The translations under genes were made by a program, and so were the position numbers. 64,000 bases of DNA, from positions 180,482,001 to 180,546,000 of the forward strand of contig OZ024740.1 of assembly GCA_964016885.1 (NCBI GenBank), read 5' to 3'. Each line of letters begins with the position of its first letter. Positions within the stretch are counted from its first letter, which is position 1. Shown here in pieces: positions 56,608 to 64,000 of the stretch. Origin of the DNA: Eledone cirrhosa. Lineage: Eukaryota. The notes under the pieces are model-generated. The model ran no database searches. It had not been told where the DNA came from and saw only the letters and a list, made by a program, of their open reading frames with translations.

Positions 56608-57643
56608 TTCCTTGAATCTCAGTCATTGATGTTGGTTAACTGGAAAGTCCGTTGGATTGAATATCAAGCCACTACCTGCAGCCTCAGATATTCAGGACGT
56701 ATCGGAGGGTTCTTGCTGTTCCAAGCAAGCATGCCTTTTGAAGCGTTCCAAAAATGGTGAAGGGGCCAATTTTCTTTAACCATCCCTGGAAACTTTTTGA
56801 GATAGTCCCTAGTGCGCCTATGACAATCGGGATCACTTTGACTTCATGGCAGTTCCAAATCCTTTTTACCTCCCACTTTAAGTCCTGGTATCGGTTAATT
56901 TTCTTTCTCTCATTTTCTTGCACTCTCGTGTCGAATGGGCAGGCCACATCCACAATCAGGCACGATCTTTTTTCTTTGTCCACAACCGCCAGGTCAAGTC
57001 TATTGTGTTTCAGTTTATTGTCCGTCTGTATCCTAAAATCCCACAGCACCTTCACCTGATCGTTTTCTATCACCGACTCTGGCTTATGCTCATACCACTT
57101 CTCAGAATGTGGTAAATTATTTACTTTGCATAGGTGCCAGTGGATCACCCTGCCCATCATGTCTCCAGCCCTTATAGTGAGTCTGGGCTAGCTGTTTACA
57201 CTCGGATACAATGTGAGCCACAGTCTCCTCTCTCTCTCCACAGATCCTGCACAGTGGGCTAGCCTCCTCCATGTAAATATGGTGTTTCAACCCCTTCATT
57301 TTGAGGGCCTGCTCTTGCGCAGCCATTAACATTCCTTCTGTAGACTTTTTAAGGTCTCCTTTTTTCAACCAGTCCATGTCTGTGGATCTCTGAATTCAGT
57401 TTTCTCAAAGAAGGTACTTTGAAGGGATTTTTCCTGAAGGCTGCTCTTTCTCTTTGTTGTTATTTCCTCCCTGGCCATCCCCTGGTCTATTGTCCTCTCC
57501 TTCAGTACAGTTCTGAGCATTGGCTCCTTACTATCAGTCACGTATTTGTGTAGGTTGTTTTTCCCCATCTGAACACAGTCCTCTATACTGATAAGACCTC
57601 TTCCACCTTCAGATCTCCTTAAGTAGAGTCTATCGACATGACA
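56608..57643 (-). mobile_element. 5'-truncated Dong/R4-type RLE LINE (family of the 34-36 kb copy)
   Basis: WLKKGDLKKSTEGMLMAAQEQAL, CRICGEREETVAHIVSEC, RLE domain; flanked by (TAA)n. Confidence 0.9.
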
Positions 57644-57667
57644 TTATTATTATTATTATTATTATTA

Positions 57668-60424
57668 TTACAGTTGCATTTATCTTGCTTTATGTTCATA
57701 CGAGTTATCACCAAGTCACAACCAGTGACCTCAAGAGACAACAAGGTCCGCCATGTTCAAGAAGGAACATACATACTCACACATGCATCTTTAGTGTTTA
57801 GACTTGTGATGTACTTATATTGATAGAATCTTCCTTAGTTTATGGGCAGTTCCCATTAGTACTATCTTTTGTATTTCTCCTATACGCGGGTTTCCTGGGA
57901 TTTTCGATAAGTAATCATTAGACCCCTTATGTATCATTCCCAGAGCGTCTACAACCACTGGTATTGTTTTAGTTCTCAATTTCCACATTTTTCCAATTTC
58001 TATCTCCAGGTCCTTATACTTGCTCAATTTTTCAAATGTTTTTATAGATACATTCTTGTCTATTGGAACGGACATATGAATTAGCAGACATACCCTCTTG
58101 TTAAAGTCCTTCAATATTATATCAGGTCTACTTGCATCTATTTTTCGGTCTGTTTGGTTGCTAAAGTTCCACAAGATCTTTTTGAAGTATGGGAGGTGGT
58201 TGATGCTCCCAGCAATTCTTTTGATGGGGCAAGACAAAATGCTTACACATTATCCAATGTATGTATTGTGCAGCTCTGTCATGCCTGTTTAGGTATTCAG
58301 TTGGAGCTATAGGACTGCACATTGAAATTATATGGTCAATGGTCTCTGGTTGTTTTTTGCATACACGGCATAATAGGCTGCATCCATTTTTTATTATGTT
58401 AGCTTGGTAATTTTTTGTTGGCAGGCACTGATCTTGTGCTGATATAATCAGTCCTTCAGTCTCCGATTTCAGACCAGAGGATGCCAACCACTGATGGGTT
58501 AAAGTTTTGTCAACATCAGGATTGTTAGCTCGTTCTGGGTATTTTCCATACAGAGGCTTTTCTTGCCATTTCTTAGCCAGTTTCTGTAGCAGTTCTTTCT
58601 TTGCAGTTACTTTTACCTGCTTTGCTTTTTCTATGTTTTCCATTTCAGCAGTAAATGGGACTTCTGAAATTTGTAGTCCATTACTGTATCTTTGTGCATC
58701 GTTTGTAATGGAGTATGATCTTTTGATGCTTTCGTGTTTCAAAACGAGTTAGATCATCCAATCATGTGATTCCCTTAGATATGTAGATAATCTAATTGTT
58801 GCAGTTTTCAACGCAATGTCTAACTGGATTAACCCACGTCCACCTCTTTCCCAGGGAGATATATTCTATCTATATCTGCCTTAGGGTGATGTATTCTGGG
58901 CATGGTTAAGAATTTTCGAATTTTTGTATCGAGCCTACGGATCTCTGTGCTTGACCAGTTGATGACATTGTAACTGTAGGTTACTACTAGTATGGCATCG
59001 ATCCTATTCCTTGCATTCAATTCCGTTCTTAAGATTGCTCTTACTCTGCGGTAACATTCCTTCCTTATCCTTTCCATCATTGTCGAGTGCTTGATTCCGT
59101 CTCCTTCACAAACACCTAGATATTTGTAAGTTTTATCTTGATCAAGTTCTATTATCACATTCCCCCGATCAAGATTAATGTCTGAACTCTTCAGCGGCTT
59201 TCCTCTGGTGAACGTTGCTTTGGAGCATTTATCTAGTCCAAACTCCATTTTAATGTCATCACTGAAAGGCTCCACAGTGGATAATAGCCCTTGCAATTGT
59301 TCATCATTTTTTGCAAATAGTTTCAGGTCATCCATGTAGAACAAGTGATTAATGGTTTTGTCATATACTTTATATCTATGTTTTGTTTCATTGAGCATTT
59401 TACTTAATGGTATAAGTGCGATGCAGAATAAAAGCGGTGATAAAGAGTCACCCTGAAAAATTCCACAATTAATATTAACTTCTCCAGCTTCCAGTGATTT
59501 TGTTTCACTATTCAAAAGGAGTGTCGTTTTCCATGTCTTCATACTGAATGACAAAAACCTCCTGACAACGGGGGATATTTTGAAAATCTCTAAACATTTT
59601 TCAATCCAACTGTGTAGCAAACTATCGAATGCTTTTTTATAATCTATCCAAGCAATTGATAGATTTTTGTGTCTATTATGACAATCTTCCAGTATCATTG
59701 TGTTAACCAAAAGCTGATCCTTACAGCCATGAGCCTCGTTTACACCCTTTCTACTCAATGGGAAATAGGTCTTTGGTATCAGGTGGTTATATGTATATTC
59801 AGTTGGGACTGATGTTAAAATTTTATACATTGTGGTCAAGCAAGTTATCGGTCTGTAATTTTGGGGATTGTTTGTCTCATCATTCTTCGGAAGCAGGAAT
59901 GTAATGCCGTTAACTAGCCATGATGGTATCTTTTCTGGCTCCTTAACTATTTCATTGTAAATTTGGGCTAACAGCTCATGAGACTCTGTGAAGGCATTTA
60001 TCCAAAAATTTTGTATTTTTTCTCTTCCTGGGGATTTCCATTTGCTCGTTTTTCTTAGAGCCAAGCGCAACTGTTCAACTGTTATATTTCCCCATACTTG
60101 TTCTTCAAGGTGAGCTGTATCTTTCATTTGTATGTCTATCCATGGGGCATGTATGTTATGAACTTTTTCTTCGGCCCAGATCTTTTCCCAGAATTCTTGC
60201 ACTTCCTCCTTGGGTGGTATTGATTTAGCAGTTATTGTTGACTTACCAATTTTTCTGTAGAAGTTTCTTTGGTTGTTTTTGAACATATTATTGTCCTTAT
60301 TGAATCTAGATCGTTTTTCAAAGCGCCTCATACGAGCAGCTTTGGCCGACACTTTTTGCTTGATTATTTCTATCAGCATGTCTATGTCACTTGTTGATTT
60401 TATACTGTACTTTCTTTTCAATCT
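57668..60424 (-). mobile_element. 5'-truncated Dong/R4-type RLE LINE, second family
   Basis: [61 protein letters not shown]; flanked by (TAA)n. Confidence 0.92.
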
Positions 60425-60659
60425 ATTATTATTATTATTATTATTGAATGCCATGGTTGACGGAGGCTCGGCTCTGTAAGGTATAGTAATTTTTAACCGT
60501 TAAAACAATTGTAAATTGTTTAAAACTTGAACCAAATTGTTGATAAAGACACCCTCCTCCTCGTGAGAGGGGTCTTTCTGTCCGTTATTTGGCCCTTCGG
60601 GGTTAAATAACCAGTTATTGGGGTTTTGTACCCAATATTCATTTTAAACAAAAAACAAC

Positions 60660-62756
60660 ATGGCTACGAAAAAGAAATTTCATACGTCACTCCCACTCAT
60701 TCCGTCTTCTTCTTCCTCAATCATCACTACAGCAGAGAGAAGATTGTCTCTCTCCCTCCCTTCTTTAAATGTGTCTCTCTCCCTCCCTTCTCTTTCGCAA
60801 GTGACGAAAGAAAAGAAAAGTCTCGTGCAAAGCGTGCAAGGTTTCTCCACGACGACGACGACAGCGACGAAACAGGTGTGCGGGAAATACGAAAACCCAG
60901 TTCATTCGTCTGACGTCAGGAATAATAGCAGTAGCAGCCGTAATAACAACAGCAACAGTGACAATGAAAACAACAGTAGCAGCCGCAACAGCATCACCAG
61001 CAGCATAAACAACAACAGCATTAGCAGCAGCAACACCAACAACAACCACAGCAACAGCGGCGGAGGCAGTAGTCGTAGTACCTGCAGCAACAACAAAAGT
61101 ACCAGCAGCTCTGACGACAACAACAACAGCAGAGAAAAACCAATCTCATTTGCAGGTATTGCGAAAAACTTGGAAACAATCCTCATAACAAATGAGGAAT
61201 TAGAGGAAGCGAAGAAGATGGTGACAAAGAACGGACACCGAGCAATCTGCAAGGCAGCGAAAAATTTTTTCGAAACCCAAGAGCACTGTACGGTCACGTA
61301 CCGTACAGTAAGTACAAAATCCCGTAGGGTGGAAAGAGCCACAGAGGCCCAAATACAAAAAGCTTTGGGGTCTGTGTGGCAGCGGAAAACGCACATCACC
61401 CGAGGCAAAAAATATGCCACCGTAGACGTACTTTTTGCCACACCCCAGGAGGCAAAGGCCCAATCAGTAGTGACCCTAAGGAGCGAGGAAATGGTGTTGG
61501 TGCCCTCCTACTGCGGGCAAAAAATTGTGAGGGTCAAACTGACCCACGTCCCCCCCGGAATGACCCCTTCTTGGCTGGCCGCGTCTGTCCTCGTCGGAAT
61601 CGAGGACAAAACAACTGTACTGCAAGTACAGAAAAAAGTAAGAGAAGATTGGGTCGGCTCCTCCATTGAGATGCTAATCCAAACCAACCAGGAGTGCATC
61701 GAAGCTATCCCGGATGTGATAGACTTCGATAACGGCACTCAACTGCCCATAAGTGTTGAGGGCAAACGCCCGAAATGCTTTCGCTGTGGATCGAAGACTC
61801 ACCTCAGGGCCTTCTGCAACGAGAAGACCCTGAGAAAGGAGAAAACCCCCCTCCTTCCGAATCCGGCTCCACGGCTACCAGCAACAGGACAAGCGGCAAC
61901 CAGGAACGATAGGCCCGTGGCACCCATACCCACTCCACGGAAATCAAAAACAGCAGCAGCAGTGGAAATACTAACAACAACAACAGCAATACCAAATGCA
62001 GCTGCAACAGAGACTCCAGTGCAAACATCACCAACAACAACAAGTGAAAGAGTGGAGTTGGTACCCCTCCCCGACCTCACAGAATCAGACATGGAGTGTG
62101 AGGTGGGAGAGAGATGGCAAAAGGTCGTAAGAAGGCACAAACGCAGAAGCAGCGCATCGTCGCCTTTGAAAAGGGAGGAAAGAAATGAGAAAAGGGTAAA
62201 GTCTACTGCAAAGAGACCCACAGCAGCAACAACACCAACACCATCACCACCCACACTAGCGCCACCATCACCACCGGCGACAACCCCACCGCCAACAACA
62301 CCTTCAACACCACCACCACAAGCACCAACATCGCAAACACAACAACAAAACACACACACCCAGCAACAACGACAAGAAAATAGCAGAACCACACCCCACC
62401 CCCAGAAAAACAAATGCACGGCAATAAATACACACAACAAGAAACTAATGACTTACATAATTGAACACACAGACATTTCACAACAGGACTACATAATACC
62501 AGCACCAATCAAAACGCCAACTAACATAAGACTGCTAAAAATAGCACAGAAACAATACAGAAATATTAAAACGAAATTCCCCAACGCAGTTGGTGATTTC
62601 AGGGACCTAGGAGGAACCATCAATCGAAGAGTATACTCAGACATTCTCTTAGAAGAGCCGACGACCAACCGAAGGGACGATTCAACGGTCCCTTCACCAG
62701 ACGATCAAGTGAAAAGGGATGTAAAAACCATCCCTCCTCTACCAAAAGTACGGTAA
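60660..62756 (+). CDS. Tx1 ORF1 (gag-like; CCHC zinc knuckle; low-complexity N/S and T/P tracts)
   Basis: 698 aa open frame; ISFAGI and CFRCGSKTHLRAFC motifs; lies directly upstream of ORF2. Confidence 0.85.
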   Translation: MATKKKFHTSLPLIPSSSSSIITTAERRLSLSLPSLNVSLSLPSLSQVTKEKKSLVQSVQGFSTTTTTATKQVCGKYENPVHSSDVRNNSSSSRNNNSNSDNENNSSSRNSITSSINNNSISSSNTNNNHSNSGGGSSRSTCSNNKSTSSSDDNNNSREKPISFAGIAKNLETILITNEELEEAKKMVTKNGHRAICKAAKNFFETQEHCTVTYRTVSTKSRRVERATEAQIQKALGSVWQRKTHITRGKKYATVDVLFATPQEAKAQSVVTLRSEEMVLVPSYCGQKIVRVKLTHVPPGMTPSWLAASVLVGIEDKTTVLQVQKKVREDWVGSSIEMLIQTNQECIEAIPDVIDFDNGTQLPISVEGKRPKCFRCGSKTHLRAFCNEKTLRKEKTPLLPNPAPRLPATGQAATRNDRPVAPIPTPRKSKTAAAVEILTTTTAIPNAAATETPVQTSPTTTSERVELVPLPDLTESDMECEVGERWQKVVRRHKRRSSASSPLKREERNEKRVKSTAKRPTAATTPTPSPPTLAPPSPPATTPPPTTPSTPPPQAPTSQTQQQNTHTQQQRQENSRTTPHPQKNKCTAINTHNKKLMTYIIEHTDISQQDYIIPAPIKTPTNIRLLKIAQKQYRNIKTKFPNAVGDFRDLGGTINRRVYSDILLEEPTTNRRDDSTVPSPDDQVKRDVKTIPPLPKVR

Positions 62757-62791
62757 GTGGTCTTTCCCATCTTTTCCACTCTATTTTAAAC

Positions 62792-64000
62792 ATGACCTCA
62801 CTCAGAATAGGCAGCATAAATGCGCGTGGCTTGGGGTCGTCATGGAAGCAGGGTCACCTGCTCAACGACCTCAGGTCACTAAACATAGATGTAGTGGCCA
62901 TCAGCGAGACCAGAATCTCCGAAGCACGGGCCTTCGCACCGATCTTCGGCGGCTACGATGTGTACGCATCTCCCAGCCGTCCTGGATCCGGTGGAGGAGT
63001 TGCTGTGCTTTTTCGGAGAGGTTTGGATCTCGCCATACGGGCCATCTTCCTGGACCCAGAGGGTAAGCTGGTGGTGCTGGACGTGACCAGCGGAGACGGG
63101 CAAGCTTTCAGGCTAGTGGCCGTCTATGCCCCGACAGGAGCAGGGCGGCCTGATTTCTTCCGGCGTCTGGAGACCTTTCTTGGAACGTCGCGCTCTTTAG
63201 TGTTAGTGGGCGACTGGAACGGGATCTTAGATGCACGCTGGGACTGTGTGGGATTAGCGGATAGGGGTGGAGGGTGCAAGAGCCTCACCAACCTGCTCAG
63301 GCGTTTTTACTGTCTGACAGGTACCGATTGGATTTCCCGAATGTGCCAATGTGGACTTGGAGAAACCGCATAGGGTCATCCAGATCATATCTAGATAGAG
63401 TATTTTGTAGGGAAATAGATAGGTCTAGCATAGGCTGTCCACAATTCAAGATAGTCAGCTACACGGACCACAAATTCGTGATCTGTGTGCTTGACTTAGA
63501 TAGGCTTCATAGACGAGGACCCGGCTACTGGAAGCTAAACGCGTCCTTACCAGCGCGCAAGGCCTACAGAGACCGGATTAGCGAACTAGTTAAGCGGGCG
63601 TTGACGGGGGCCATCGTCAACAACAAGTGGTGGTTTGCTCTGAAAAGAGCGATTAGAATAGAATCGATTAGGTTTAGTAAGGCTTTAGCAATAGAGAAAA
63701 ATAGAGCAGTGGGAGAACTAGTTAGAAAATTAGACGAGGCGCTTAGCAAAGGCATTGCGACCGACGTGCTTGCGGCGAAATTGGCCCTTGACCAATTCTT
63801 CAATGCAAAGCACGAAGGCTGCGTTGTCAGAGCTAGGGTGCGTGCTCTCAGACACGAGGGGACGAAAGCCGTTCAATGGGCCCGAGTGGCGGAGGCGCGT
63901 CGTGGCAACAAAGCCACGATCCGGTCTTTGGTGGACCACGACGGGCGCATGCTACTCGATCCCGGGCAAATGTGTGAAGCTTTTCAGCGACACTTCGCTC
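62792..64000 (+). pseudogene. Tx1 ORF2 APE domain, frameshift near 63308
   Basis: SINARGL, ISETR, VYAP, VGDWN; the frame shifts relative to the 52.9 kb copy. Confidence 0.85.

Larger units (their letters stand above)
60445..64000 (+). mobile_element. Tx1/L1-clade LINE, 5' part (runs off the window)
   Basis: Same 5' end as 50881; intact ORF1; ORF2 APE domain. Confidence 0.93.

Overview
AT-rich, repeat-saturated eukaryotic DNA. The SINE types and long (TA)n tracts suggest an octopus-like cephalopod (inference only). No host gene exon can be supported. The window is a mosaic of Penelope-like elements (PLEs), three Helitrons, Tx1/L1-clade LINEs, Dong/R4-type RLE LINEs, SINEs and foldback repeats. 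The main signal is about 20 type I hammerhead ribozyme (HHR) motifs from several unrelated sequence families. These include (i) a non-coding tandem array of six ~465-565 bp units at 11.3-14.4 kb, each with an intact minimal HHR (retrozyme-like), (ii) an HHR family with a compensatory U3-A8 core, a long stem II insert and covarying stem I, and (iii) tiny head-to-head HHR palindromes. A second pattern is that Tx1 and Dong/R4 LINEs stack into (TAA)n tracts in consistently opposite orientations. All RNA folds were read by eye and not computed.
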